Assembly (NCBI GenBank): GCA_001776935.1
Contig: MFDN01000015.1
Location: forward strand, 30,130 to 94,129
DNA from: Candidatus Daviesbacteria bacterium RIFCSPLOWO2_01_FULL_39_23
GTDB lineage: Bacteria; Patescibacteriota; Microgenomatia; Daviesbacterales; UBA10151
Direction: 5' to 3'
Length of the DNA: 64,000 bases
This document shows positions 36,398 through 45,817 of the stretch, piece after piece. Numbering within the stretch: the stretch's first letter is position 1; the number at the start of each line of letters is the position of its first letter. The notes beneath the pieces are model-generated. The model was given only the letters and a program-made list of their open reading frames with translations. It was not told where the DNA came from and made no database searches. The position numbers and the translations under genes are program-made.

Positions 36398-37346
36398 GCT
36401 TTTTGGCCATCAGATCCAAATCTTTTTGATCGATTGTATTGTCGCCGTTTAAATCAGCTTTTTTATCTTTAGAGCTTTTAGTTTGGCCAATGTTTTGTAA
36501 GACGATCGCGTTGTCAGCCGCATTTATTTTTCCATCGCTGTTTAAATCATAATTGTTCAAATCTTTAGTTGTGGGGCTGGGTTGAGGAATTGTGTTATCA
36601 GGAGGTGCTGAAGCAGTCAGATCTATTTGTTGTCCCAATTTTATAGGCGGCAGAAGCTCGGAGGATGATTTCAGTTTAAAAAGGACGATTGCTTCTCCTT
36701 TATCTGATTGAATAGTTATTTTACCGGTGAGATCATCTTCTAACGGATACACACCTGAAAGATCGTCTTTTCCTACTTGTGAAAGCGGGATTAAGAAATT
36801 CCCTCCTTTTTTGATTAGGGAAGATTGTGTGACAGCTCCTCCGACAGAAAGATATGCGATGCCTTCGTCTAGGGGAATTTCACCATAAAGCACAGACCCG
36901 ATAACGGGTGTGAATCTTGTTTGGATTGTCAGAGGTTGGGAAGTTTCAAAATTTAAAGTTTCTGAAGCTAATTTGCCGGAAATAATTTTAAACTGGTAAC
37001 GTGTTTTAGGTAAAAGGTTTTTTAAGGTAACGTAGTGAATTGACCGGGGTTTTGGTCCAGCTGCGTTTGCGCTCAAATCCCTGTCGTCCAAAACTGTTTT
37101 TTCCCGGGGATCATTTTGTCCCCATGTGATAAAGGACGCAGCTGCAGAGTTTGTTTTCCAGGAAATCACCACGGAATCTTCGGTTATGTTTGTAAAAGTA
37201 ATATTTTGCGGTGTTAAATCAGGCGAAGCTTGAGAAAGAAATGTTTGTTCTTTTAAGACTAAATAAAGGCCCGCTATAATTCCTAAAAAAATTATGGAAA
37301 GACCCAAAAGAGTAGGGATTTTAAATTTGTCAATAAATTTCATCAT
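36366..37346 (-). CDS. Secreted fibronectin-III-like protein with C-terminal dockerin-type Ca-binding repeats
   Basis: Signal anchor, FN3-like segment (NITFTNITEDSVVISWKTNS), and two DxNxDGKINxxD dockerin-like repeats (DLNSDGKINAADNAIV; DLNGDNTIDQKDLDLM). Confidence 0.55.
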   Translation of the reverse strand: MMKFIDKFKIPTLLGLSIIFLGIIAGLYLVLKEQTFLSQASPDLTPQNITFTNITEDSVVISWKTNSAAASFITWGQNDPREKTVLDDRDLSANAAGPKPRSIHYVTLKNLLPKTRYQFKIISGKLASETLNFETSQPLTIQTRFTPVIGSVLYGEIPLDEGIAYLSVGGAVTQSSLIKKGGNFLIPLSQVGKDDLSGVYPLEDDLTGKITIQSDKGEAIVLFKLKSSSELLPPIKLGQQIDLTASAPPDNTIPQPSPTTKDLNNYDLNSDGKINAADNAIVLQNIGQTKSSKDKKADLNGDNTIDQKDLDLMAKKLKELGAQGIY

Positions 37347-37520
37347 GGTGCGGATTCCAGGCTTTGGGTGTCGAAATCCGGGCTTATGGGTTCCATCACC
37401 TCTTTTGTTTTCTGAGGTATCTCAACTTGGGAACGGGTATGAATAACATCAAAAATAACCCAGGCAATGATTGTGATAAAAGTGAGTATTGCGGCTATTA
37501 GCCATTCTTTGCGTGTCATG
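37344..37520 (-). CDS. Small membrane protein (58 aa), not in the supplied ORF track
   Basis: Read from the sequence: ATG at 37520 (minus), one TM helix, stop overlapping the downstream ATG (ATGA). Confidence 0.35.
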
Positions 37521-38126
37521 TTATTTTAGATAGTAAGCTTTCCCTGATAAAGACATGATAAGTCCAGAGTCCTCGTTAGTCTTGGTTACAGAGAGGTTAT
37601 CGATAGAGACTAACCTACTACTTGTTTTAAGATCTTGCAAGAGAGCAACTAAGCTTTCGTATTTGCCTTCCAAGTTGAAGATAAAAGAGATCTCGGAAAC
37701 TTGTCCGATTTGACTGCTCAGCTTGGCGTTTATTGTAAGGGGCTGTATCTGTAATGCAGATATAGATGCCTCATGCAGTCGGGCAGCTTCTTCCAGGCTT
37801 TGGACTACAGATTTTAAGCTGATTGCATCAGGGATTGCCTGGGAAATTTTCTCTTTAATATTCTGATCTAAATTATCATAATTTCTCTGCCCTAAAGAAA
37901 GATTGTTTACTTTGTCAGTGACTTTTTGTAAAATTTCTTCTTCATCAGCCAGCTTTTTTTGCAATACTAAAATTGTTTCAACAGTGGGTCTGATTGCAAA
38001 AATAGTGAGTATGGATATTGTTAACAAAGTAAAGATTGTTGGACCGTAATTTTTAATGATAGGTAACTTAGAAATTGGTTTAATGTAGGTAAAATACCGG
38101 GAATAAAGAGTAGATTTATTTTTCAT
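37521..38126 (-). CDS. PilO-like type IV pilus assembly protein
   Basis: Short cytoplasmic N-terminus, one TM helix, coiled coil and a periplasmic domain; immediately follows the PilN-like gene. Confidence 0.45.
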   Translation of the reverse strand: MKNKSTLYSRYFTYIKPISKLPIIKNYGPTIFTLLTISILTIFAIRPTVETILVLQKKLADEEEILQKVTDKVNNLSLGQRNYDNLDQNIKEKISQAIPDAISLKSVVQSLEEAARLHEASISALQIQPLTINAKLSSQIGQVSEISFIFNLEGKYESLVALLQDLKTSSRLVSIDNLSVTKTNEDSGLIMSLSGKAYYLK

Positions 38127-38135
38127 AATTTTATT

Positions 38136-38720
38136 TTAAAGACTTTTATTTCCTAAGTTTACCAATTTGGCAGTGGCATCCAAAGTGAATTTAATAACTC
38201 CCTGTTCAAGTCCTACGCTTCCAATATTCGCGCCTGTGAAAGTATTATCTGTCCTAAGGCCCCCGACAAAGCTTGCAAGATCGCTATTTATTTGGGTTTG
38301 TCCGGCAATATGAATCATAGCATTGCCTAGATCTTTTTCTATGCTTATGTTTGTTATTTTGACGCTGGCAGGAGTTTGGTCGGCGATTTTTTTTAAGAGA
38401 ATAGACCAATCAGGCGACCCATTTTTTATATTATTTATGGTTGATAACTTAAGCTGGGTTTGCCTTATCGCTATCTCGTAAGAGCTGAGACTTTCAATGT
38501 AGGGAATTTGTTGTTCTATTGCCTCTTTTTTGGAAGCTATATCTGCATCCAGTTTAAATCTGGCTCCAAATGCGATTAACACTAAGGCTTCTACAAAAAT
38601 AAAGATGAAACGGCCGGAAGAAAGCAGCCAGCGGAAAAGTTTGACCGGAATTTTTTCAGGATTACTTTGAGGCTTTAACAGATCCAGATTAATAGTTAGA
38701 CCGGGTTTACCTTTGGGCAT
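38136..38720 (-). CDS. PilN-like type IV pilus assembly protein
   Basis: INLDLLKP near the N-terminus (PilN INLLP-type motif), one TM helix, then a periplasmic coiled-coil region. Confidence 0.5.
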   Translation of the reverse strand: MPKGKPGLTINLDLLKPQSNPEKIPVKLFRWLLSSGRFIFIFVEALVLIAFGARFKLDADIASKKEAIEQQIPYIESLSSYEIAIRQTQLKLSTINNIKNGSPDWSILLKKIADQTPASVKITNISIEKDLGNAMIHIAGQTQINSDLASFVGGLRTDNTFTGANIGSVGLEQGVIKFTLDATAKLVNLGNKSL

Positions 38721-38735
38721 GTACCTATTATACTA

Positions 38736-38760
38736 GGGTTTAGGGTTTAGGGTGTAGGGG
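38736..38760. repeat. Telomere-like G-tract tandem repeat (TAGGGTT x3 plus GGGG) that fits the G-quadruplex motif G3N4G3N4G3N4G4
   Basis: tagggtttagggtttagggtgtagggg sits in the 60-bp AT-rich spacer between the PilN-like start and the upstream gene's stop. Confidence 0.6.
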
Positions 38761-38780
38761 TAAGTTGCGTTTAAGAAAGT

Positions 38781-39860
38781 TTACTTAATAAACTTAAAAG
38801 TAGGAAGAATTTGAGTAAATATTTTTTGTCCTTCCTGAACTTTGGCAACAGGTGTCTTATCTGGAGTAGTGCCTGTTTGCAGCGATAGATGATAGATAAA
38901 TTGCTCGTCTTTAGAGAAAAATACTACCTCATTAATATTTTCACTACCGGCTCTGGGCAGAATTTGTCTGCCTTCCTGACCATTAATAGTTATTTTTTCA
39001 AGTACTGAAGACATATTTGTGTATTCATCTATAGTGTTATAAGACCCGCCTGTAAAAGGGTTCCAATTAGGACCACCGGTGGCGGTAAAGATAAATGTTT
39101 TATCGGGATTTTCAAACACTTCGGCAAAACCATCTGCAGGTGCACGCTCGCTTCTTCTTGTCCACTCGGAGGGAAGCTTGAAGCTGATATTTTCAACCTG
39201 ATGTGTTTTCCAGCTTGTTTCAGCTTGATCGGGGTCGCTGGTTGGACCTGAGGAAGCAGGAAGAAATTTGAATGTAGAGAGAATTTTTTCTCCTGTTGAA
39301 GATAAACCTGGTTCAAATACCAGTTTATAAATTTTCCCCTTATAAAGGGAAAGCAAAGTATAGCTTCCCCATGGGCCGCCGGTATTGCCCATTAAAGCCG
39401 GTTGCTGATCGATTATGGTATTTTTGATTTTTATCCCTGCTATATCTAAATTTCCTCCGCTGGTTAATTCTTTTTTTAAGTCGTTTAAGGTCAAAGTCTC
39501 TTTGTTATCTTTGACAGAAATGGTTAATTGGAAATTATCCATAGCTAAATCTTTGGCTTCTTGTTTATCTACAGCAACGGTAAATGAAGTTAACGAGCTG
39601 TCTTGTACTAAAACCCCGTCAACAGAGTATCTGCCGCCTTCTGTAATCTCCGCTTTTGGTGGATACTTAAGCGAATAACCAAGTGTAGTATTTGTATAAA
39701 TTTTCCACTCAAATGTTTCATCGGGCATTGAAGAAGGCGAGGGGGTGGGCTGAACAGGTTTGGTAGAAATTTGTTTACCCAAATAAAACGCTCCTGCTCC
39801 GACAATAATCAAAGCAACTATACCCAGAATCATAAATTGCCCAAAACCTTTTTGGTTCAT
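38781..39860 (-). CDS. Secreted two-domain protein of the local paralogous family (N-terminal MNQKGF signal anchor; two domains each ending in ILSTFKF)
   Basis: FEWKIYTNTTLGYSLKYP ... EKILSTFKFLP and SWKTHQVENISFKLP ... TQILPTFKFIK. Shares N-terminal, domain-start and domain-end motifs with the genes at 61578 and 25386. Confidence 0.55.
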   Translation of the reverse strand: MNQKGFGQFMILGIVALIIVGAGAFYLGKQISTKPVQPTPSPSSMPDETFEWKIYTNTTLGYSLKYPPKAEITEGGRYSVDGVLVQDSSLTSFTVAVDKQEAKDLAMDNFQLTISVKDNKETLTLNDLKKELTSGGNLDIAGIKIKNTIIDQQPALMGNTGGPWGSYTLLSLYKGKIYKLVFEPGLSSTGEKILSTFKFLPASSGPTSDPDQAETSWKTHQVENISFKLPSEWTRRSERAPADGFAEVFENPDKTFIFTATGGPNWNPFTGGSYNTIDEYTNMSSVLEKITINGQEGRQILPRAGSENINEVVFFSKDEQFIYHLSLQTGTTPDKTPVAKVQEGQKIFTQILPTFKFIK

Positions 39861-39907
39861 TAAATTAACTATATACTTCCTTCGGAAGACTGTAAACTAA
39901 TCGATAA

Positions 39908-40204
39908 TTATTTGGATTTGGGAGGGGATTTTTTGGGAGCAGTTTTCTTAACAGATTTTTCAGGTGCAGTAGTTTTGACTTCTTTGGATAATCTTGATTT
40001 TAATCGGGAAGCTTTATTGGGGTGGATCAGGTGGACTTTAGCCGCTTTATCCAAGGCAGAAAAAGCTGCTTGCAGATTTTTATCGGATTTGTTTATTCTT
40101 GCTTTTTTCACTAATGATTTAAGGGCTGCTTCCCTTTTGTCGTTACGGATTGTTCTGACTTTATCTTTCCGGACTTTTTTAATTGCTGACTTAATGATCG
40201 GCAT
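39908..40204 (-). CDS. rpsT: 30S ribosomal protein S20 with a Lys-rich C-terminal tail
   Basis: MPIIKSAIKKVRKDKVRTIRN...AAFSALDKAAKVHLIHPNKASRLKSRL is the S20 signature. Confidence 0.85.
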   Translation of the reverse strand: MPIIKSAIKKVRKDKVRTIRNDKREAALKSLVKKARINKSDKNLQAAFSALDKAAKVHLIHPNKASRLKSRLSKEVKTTAPEKSVKKTAPKKSPPKSK

Positions 40205-40300
40205 ATTTTATATTTTCTCGTTTAGAGATTATTTCGGAATGGTATCATAGCCACTATTACATTGCAAGATTATCTAATATAATAATTTAGCCCAAAAAAT

Positions 40301-41935
40301 ATGGTTAAAAACATTGTCAGACTTCTTTATTCCAGACAAACATCAATTTTATCCGCCGCCTCAATAATAATGGCGACGATGATGCTGTCTAAGGTGCTGG
40401 GATTAATCCGAGACCGGTTACTGGCCCATGTATTTTTACCGGAGAAGATTGATATTTTTTGGGCGGCATTCAGATTGCCTGATTTAATATTTCAGATAAT
40501 AATTTTAGGCGCATTGTCGGTTGCCTTCATCCCTGTTTTTACAGAGCATTTGGAGAATAAAGGCAAAGAAGATGCTTTTGCCATGGCCAGGGCAGTTTTG
40601 AGCGTAGCATTGGCTATATTCATCGTTATCACGGTTGTAATGTATATTTTTGCAGAACCGATAATCGGCAGTTTCATTGCGCCCGGATTTTCATTGGCAA
40701 GACAGCTTCAGGTGGTGGAGCTGACCAGGATCATTTTATTTGGCCAGGTTATTTTGGTTTTCGGGTCTTTTTTTATCGGTATTTCGCAGTCTTTTCAAAG
40801 GTTTATTATTCCTTCTCTTGCGCCGGTATTCTATAACTTCGGGATTATTTTAGGGATAGTTTTTTTGTCTAAGCAATGGGGTATTACCGGTGCAGCTTAC
40901 GGCGTAGTGATAGGCGCTTTTTTGCATGCGGCTATTCAATTGCCTTTAATTTGGTCAATAGGATTCAGGTTCAAGCTGCCGCTTAACTTTTTTAATACTG
41001 GTGTAAGGGAAATAATGAGACTGATGAGTGTCCGGACAATTGGGCTTTCTGCCGAACAGATAAACGAAACAGTAGGACTGGCTTTGGCTTCAATAGCTTC
41101 TGTCGGGTCTGTGACTTTTTTGACCTTTGCTCAACATTTGCAGGTGGTGCCGATTGGTCTTTTTGGGGCAACGCTGGCCCAGGCCGCTTTGCCGGTTTTA
41201 TCTGCCGAGCGGGCGCGGGGAAAAATAGAAGAATTTAAGATAACGATTTTGACAACACTTCAGCAAATTCTCTTTCTGACTCTGCCGGCAACGGTAATTC
41301 TTATTGTAATTAGAATTCCTGTGGTAAGGCTTATTTTTGGCGCTTCCCAATTTAACTGGGAGGCCACAGTTCTAACCGGTGCGACCCTGGCTTTTCTTTC
41401 TGTAGGGCTGGCTGCTCAGGCAATTTCACTTCTTTTGGTAAGAGGCTTTTATGCATTAAAAGATACCAAAACACCTGTTTTGGTATCTTTGTTTGTAGTG
41501 ATGTTAAATATTATTTTAGGTGTATATTTAATTGTAATTTTAAAGCTTGATGTTTGGAGTATTGGATTGGCAAATTCTACTGCCGCTATTGTCTCAGCGG
41601 TGTTGCTTTTCTGGGCGCTTCATAAAAAGGTGGGGAATTTTGATTTAAAGAGCGTGCTGGGTCCTTTTTCAAAAATGCTGATGGCAACCATAATAATGGG
41701 CGCTTCTTTATACATACCTATAAAACTATTGGACCAGGTAATTTTTGATACCACAAGGACTATAAACCTTTTAGTTTTAACCGGACTTTCTTCAATATTT
41801 GCCTTATCTATTTATGTGGCAGTGGTTTGGTTTTTGAAAGTCAGGGAACTCAGTACATATTTGGAACTTATTAAAAGATTCGGCAGGTGGCAAAGTGTTG
41901 TTAAATCCAAAGAAATCCTTCCTGAGACTGTTTAG
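40301..41935 (+). CDS. murJ: Lipid II flippase MurJ (MviN family)
   Basis: 14-TM protein; the N-terminal region SKVLGLIRDRLLAHVF is typical of MurJ. Confidence 0.85.
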   Translation: MVKNIVRLLYSRQTSILSAASIIMATMMLSKVLGLIRDRLLAHVFLPEKIDIFWAAFRLPDLIFQIIILGALSVAFIPVFTEHLENKGKEDAFAMARAVLSVALAIFIVITVVMYIFAEPIIGSFIAPGFSLARQLQVVELTRIILFGQVILVFGSFFIGISQSFQRFIIPSLAPVFYNFGIILGIVFLSKQWGITGAAYGVVIGAFLHAAIQLPLIWSIGFRFKLPLNFFNTGVREIMRLMSVRTIGLSAEQINETVGLALASIASVGSVTFLTFAQHLQVVPIGLFGATLAQAALPVLSAERARGKIEEFKITILTTLQQILFLTLPATVILIVIRIPVVRLIFGASQFNWEATVLTGATLAFLSVGLAAQAISLLLVRGFYALKDTKTPVLVSLFVVMLNIILGVYLIVILKLDVWSIGLANSTAAIVSAVLLFWALHKKVGNFDLKSVLGPFSKMLMATIIMGASLYIPIKLLDQVIFDTTRTINLLVLTGLSSIFALSIYVAVVWFLKVRELSTYLELIKRFGRWQSVVKSKEILPETV

Positions 41936-41959
41936 CCGTAACCTGATACAATACCCTCT

Positions 41960-43753
41960 ATGAATATAAGGAATTTCTCGATTATTGCGCATATTGACCA
42001 CGGCAAGTCTACTTTGGCAGACAGATTGCTGGAAATAACAGGCACTGTGACCGGAGATAAAATGAAGCCTCAATTACTCGATTCACTCGCCCTGGAGCGC
42101 GAGCGCGGCATTACTATCAAACTTGCTCCTGTGCGCTTAAACTATACCCTGCCTCCGAAGGAGGGGCGTGTTAACGCTATACCCTACACCCTGAACTTGA
42201 TAGATACTCCCGGCCATGTAGATTTTTCGTACGAAGTCTCCCGGGCTTTGGCAGCAGTAGAAGGAGCGGTTTTATTGGTTGATGCCACCCAAGGGATACA
42301 GGCGCAAACTTTAGCGCACGGTCTGGCAGCTTTGGAGCAAAACCTGCTACTGATTCCGGTGGTTAATAAAATCGATCTTCCGAACGCAGATTGCGAAAAC
42401 GCCAAGAAACAACTAATTGATACTTTTGGGTTTTCAGAAGAAGAAATACTTTTGGTTTCCGGTAAAACCGGTCAGGGCGTAGACAAGCTTTTGGAGGCAA
42501 TAGTTACAAAAATTCCTCCTCCCAAACAGGAAAAAGATAAGCCGTTTAAAGCTTTAATTTTTGATTCATTTTTTGATAGTTTTAAAGGAGTGGTTGCGCA
42601 GGTGAGAGTTATGGAAGGAACTACCCCAAAAAATCAGGAACCTATTGTCTTTTTAGGAACTAAAGCTTCGGGTCATGTTTTGGAAACAGGTTTTTTTACC
42701 CCCCAGCTTATTGCAAACAGCGGTCTTTCGGCAGGGGAAATAGGCTATATTGCCACCGGCATTAAAGAGCCGGATTTAGTGCGTGTTGGTGATACCATTG
42801 CAGCTGATTTTTTTCCCCAGCCTTTGCCTGGTTATAAAGAAGTTAAACCAATGGTTTTTGTGGGGCTTTTCCCCATAGATGCTGATGAATATTTTGAGCT
42901 TAAAGAAGCTTTGGCAAAATTCCGCTTAACTGACCCTGCTTTTTCCTATGTTCCTGAACACTCTCAGGCTTTGGGGGCAGGTTTTCGGTGTGGCTTTTTA
43001 GGGCTACTTCATGCAGAAGTGGTACAGGAAAGGTTGTCAGGGGAGTTTAATGTGGACCTTTTGGCAACTGCCCCCTCTGTTGGATATTTATTAAATGATT
43101 CTCCTATAACTTCGCCAAGTGATTTAGCGCAGGGGGAAAATATAAAGGGTTTAAAAGAGCCCTGGGTTAAACTTCGGATTTTTGTTCCTCAAACTTATAT
43201 CGGCCCGGTTATGGAACTGGTGCAGGATAAAAGGGGAAAGTTTTTGGATATGCAGCATTTTGGAGTTGCTGTTGAGATGAGTTATGAAATGCCCTTATCA
43301 GAGATGGTTTCTAATTTTTATGACCGGTTGAAATCCGTTTCCTCCGGCTTTGCATCTTTGGATTGGGAGCTTTTGGATTATAGGGAAGTGGATGCTGTAC
43401 GGGTGGATATTTTAGTGGGAGGAGAAAAGGTAGATGCGCTGTCTACCATAGTTTACCGGCCCAAAGCAGAAGGTTTTGGCCGCAGGATGGTTGAAAAATT
43501 AAAAGAGGTTTTGCCACGGCAAAATTTTGTTATAGCAATTCAGGCGGCTATTGGGGGGACTATTATTGCCCGGGAAACTTTGTCAGCATTTCGGAAGGAT
43601 GTTTTGATGCATGGTAGCAAGGTTGTCGGCGGAGGAGACTACAGCCGCAAGAGAAAGCTTTTGGAAAAACAGAAAAAAGGTAAGAAAAAAATGAAAATGG
43701 TCGGCAGCGTAGAAATCCCCCAGGAAGCATTTTTAAGTATTTTGAAATCGTAA
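41960..43753 (+). CDS. lepA: Elongation factor 4 (LepA)
   Basis: IRNFSIIAHIDHGKSTLADRLL G-domain, and the LepA-specific C-terminal domain. Confidence 0.9.
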   Translation: MNIRNFSIIAHIDHGKSTLADRLLEITGTVTGDKMKPQLLDSLALERERGITIKLAPVRLNYTLPPKEGRVNAIPYTLNLIDTPGHVDFSYEVSRALAAVEGAVLLVDATQGIQAQTLAHGLAALEQNLLLIPVVNKIDLPNADCENAKKQLIDTFGFSEEEILLVSGKTGQGVDKLLEAIVTKIPPPKQEKDKPFKALIFDSFFDSFKGVVAQVRVMEGTTPKNQEPIVFLGTKASGHVLETGFFTPQLIANSGLSAGEIGYIATGIKEPDLVRVGDTIAADFFPQPLPGYKEVKPMVFVGLFPIDADEYFELKEALAKFRLTDPAFSYVPEHSQALGAGFRCGFLGLLHAEVVQERLSGEFNVDLLATAPSVGYLLNDSPITSPSDLAQGENIKGLKEPWVKLRIFVPQTYIGPVMELVQDKRGKFLDMQHFGVAVEMSYEMPLSEMVSNFYDRLKSVSSGFASLDWELLDYREVDAVRVDILVGGEKVDALSTIVYRPKAEGFGRRMVEKLKEVLPRQNFVIAIQAAIGGTIIARETLSAFRKDVLMHGSKVVGGGDYSRKRKLLEKQKKGKKKMKMVGSVEIPQEAFLSILKS

Positions 43754-43914
43754 GCTATCCGCTTGTCGCGGTCGCAAAGCACTTGGTGGTGGGTGATTGC
43801 TTTGACTGACTCGCGACTCGCTCTTTGTGATTTATATCTTTGACTTGGAACAAAGCGCGTTAAAAATTCTGCAGTGAGTGCAACAGGGCGAGCCTGCATT
43901 TATGGCAGAGGGGG
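43754..43914. other. GC-rich, hairpin-dense intergenic segment (possible structured ncRNA or repeat remnant)
   Basis: Multiple stem-loops read directly: caaagca...tgctttg; gggggttgccatccccc; ctctttgt...acaaagcg. Composition contrasts with the AT-rich surroundings. Confidence 0.35.
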
Positions 43915-44058
43915 TTGCCATCCCCCGTTAAACGAACGAAAGAATTTAGCGCAACTTCCCGTCAAAGAAACTTTTGGTACTTTTGGTTACAAAAGGACAT
44001 TAAAAAAGAAATTTTGCGACTAAAAGTGTCAATAAAGGTAATTTTGTATAATACTGGA

Positions 44059-44568
44059 ATGAAAAAGTATGTTTTTAAGCCTTACCTTACGATTTTCCCG
44101 GATCTTTATAAAAAAGAAGAGGCAAGGATAAAAAAGATTTTAGACAAAGATGATTTGATCGAGCATTTTGGCAGTACGGCTGTTCCGGGGTTAGGCGGTA
44201 AGGGGATAATAGATATTTATATTGCTACAAAGAAAAATAGAATGAAGGCTTTATCGGAGGAACTTCAAAAATTAGGCTATGAGTATAGACCGCAAGCTGT
44301 TTCTGAAGAACGTTTATTCCACAAAATCTCTTTACCAGATCCGGTGGAGGGAGAACGTGTTTATCGTGTCCATGTGGCTTTTATCAAAAATAAGGATTGG
44401 GTTAATGCAATTAAACTTAGGGATTATTTAAGAAAACATCCTGCAGATGCTCAAAAATATGCAAAAGTAAAAAAAATTGCAGCAAAAAAAGCAAAAGAAG
44501 AAAGGGAAATTTATATTCAAATCAAAGGCCCTGTTTTAGAAGAGATACTAGAAAAAGCATTAAAATAA
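44059..44568 (+). CDS. GrpB-family (UPF0157) nucleotidyltransferase-like protein. The ORF extends to 43915, but the upstream part is the GC-rich hairpin region.
   Basis: HFGSTAVPGLGGKGIIDI is the GrpB signature; the start MKKYVF at 44059 is preferred. Confidence 0.7.
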   Translation: MKKYVFKPYLTIFPDLYKKEEARIKKILDKDDLIEHFGSTAVPGLGGKGIIDIYIATKKNRMKALSEELQKLGYEYRPQAVSEERLFHKISLPDPVEGERVYRVHVAFIKNKDWVNAIKLRDYLRKHPADAQKYAKVKKIAAKKAKEEREIYIQIKGPVLEEILEKALK

Positions 44569-44657
44569 TAAAAAATTGCAAAAGTTAGGGGTAAGTTTGA
44601 CTGGTACGGCAGAAACTTCTTCTGTAAGATTCGTGGCAATTCTGATATCATTTGTGA

Positions 44658-44843
44658 ATGATTCAAGCTCAATCAGCATTGAAAATCAGAGAAGTAGAAA
44701 TCCAGTGTTCTATTTGCGGTAGTCGCTTTATCACAAAGATTTTTCCTGATAGGACGTATAAAAGCGGTAATTGTTTTGGCAGCATAGGCGGCAAGGGGAA
44801 AAAGTTTGAGTATTGGGAATGCGATGAGTGTTATAAACAGTAA
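44658..44843 (+). CDS. Small zinc-ribbon protein (61 aa)
   Basis: CSIC...CDEC: two CxxC pairs. Stop overlaps the start of the next gene (ATGA). Confidence 0.4.
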   Translation: MIQAQSALKIREVEIQCSICGSRFITKIFPDRTYKSGNCFGSIGGKGKKFEYWECDECYKQ

Positions 44844-45817
44844 TGAAAATTATTAAGTCGAAGAAATTGAATATTGGAGATACTATTGGGATTGTGGCCT
44901 CATCTTTGCCGGTTTTACCTTCCTTTAAAGAAAATTATGAGCGGGGGAAGAAGATTTTGACTGATTTAGGATTTAAGGTTAAGGAGGGCAAGACAATCGG
45001 GAAGAGCAGATGGTGGGCAGCAGGAACCCCCAAAGAGGTGGCAGAGGATATTAACTCCATGTTTGCAGATAAGTCTATTAAAGCCATCATGGCTCAAACA
45101 GGAGGCTATTCTGCAAGTTCTGTTTTGGAATATTTAGACTATGAATTAATAACTAATAACCCAAAACCCTATATCGGCATAAGCGATGTGACAAATTTCC
45201 ATATGGCTTTTTTGACCAAATGCCATATGGTTGGATTTCATATGGATGATGTGACTTTTGGTTTGGGAAATCCCTGGGCAGAAGGAGAAGAACATTTAGG
45301 AGAATTTGACAGGGAAGTATTTTTAAAATTCTTGACTCAAACAGAACCTGTAGGAATCATTCCGCCTTTGACAGAATGGGAAGAATGGAAAAAAGGCAAA
45401 GCAGAAGGGTTATTAAGCGGGGGTAATTTGCATCTTTTAGTCAACTTAATCGGTACCCCCTATTTTCCGCCTAAAGAATTTTTTAAAGGAGCCATTCTTT
45501 TTTGGGAAGAGGTGGGGGAGCCTTTGCACAACATTGCCAGATTCTTAACTCATCTAAAGTATGCCGGAATCCTGGACCAAATCTCCGGGATGCTAATTGG
45601 TAAAATTACTTACATAAAGCCTCCCCGAGAGAAAGAAGTAATTGAACCGCATGTTAAAGAAATGATTTTGGAAATTTTCAAGGATTATAAATTCCCCATT
45701 ATGGCAAATTTGGACTTTGGTCACTATACAGTTAATATCCCGATGCCTGTGGGCATTAAAGCCTCGTTTGATACTTCAAAGTCCGAGTTAAACTTTTTAG
45801 AAGGGGCAGTAGTTTAA
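44843..45817 (+). CDS. LD-carboxypeptidase (peptidase S66, LdcA/MccF family)
   Basis: GDTIGIVASS nucleophile-elbow region and the overall S66 architecture. Confidence 0.8.
   Translation: MKIIKSKKLNIGDTIGIVASSLPVLPSFKENYERGKKILTDLGFKVKEGKTIGKSRWWAAGTPKEVAEDINSMFADKSIKAIMAQTGGYSASSVLEYLDYELITNNPKPYIGISDVTNFHMAFLTKCHMVGFHMDDVTFGLGNPWAEGEEHLGEFDREVFLKFLTQTEPVGIIPPLTEWEEWKKGKAEGLLSGGNLHLLVNLIGTPYFPPKEFFKGAILFWEEVGEPLHNIARFLTHLKYAGILDQISGMLIGKITYIKPPREKEVIEPHVKEMILEIFKDYKFPIMANLDFGHYTVNIPMPVGIKASFDTSKSELNFLEGAVV

Noticed and set aside
38136-39860. Classifying the MNQKGF-family proteins as type IV pilins
   Set aside because: The N-termini lack the G|F(T)LIE prepilin cleavage consensus: there is no Glu at +5. 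Pilin identity is not supported, and only adjacency to the PilN/PilO-like genes is noted.
43915-44058. 48-codon N-terminal extension of the GrpB-family ORF
   Set aside because: The extension runs through the GC-rich hairpin block, and a strong internal ATG (MKKYVF) at 44059 is followed by the conserved GrpB core. The same logic applies to the sbcC, sbcD, nusA, MFS and SurA-like ORF extensions.
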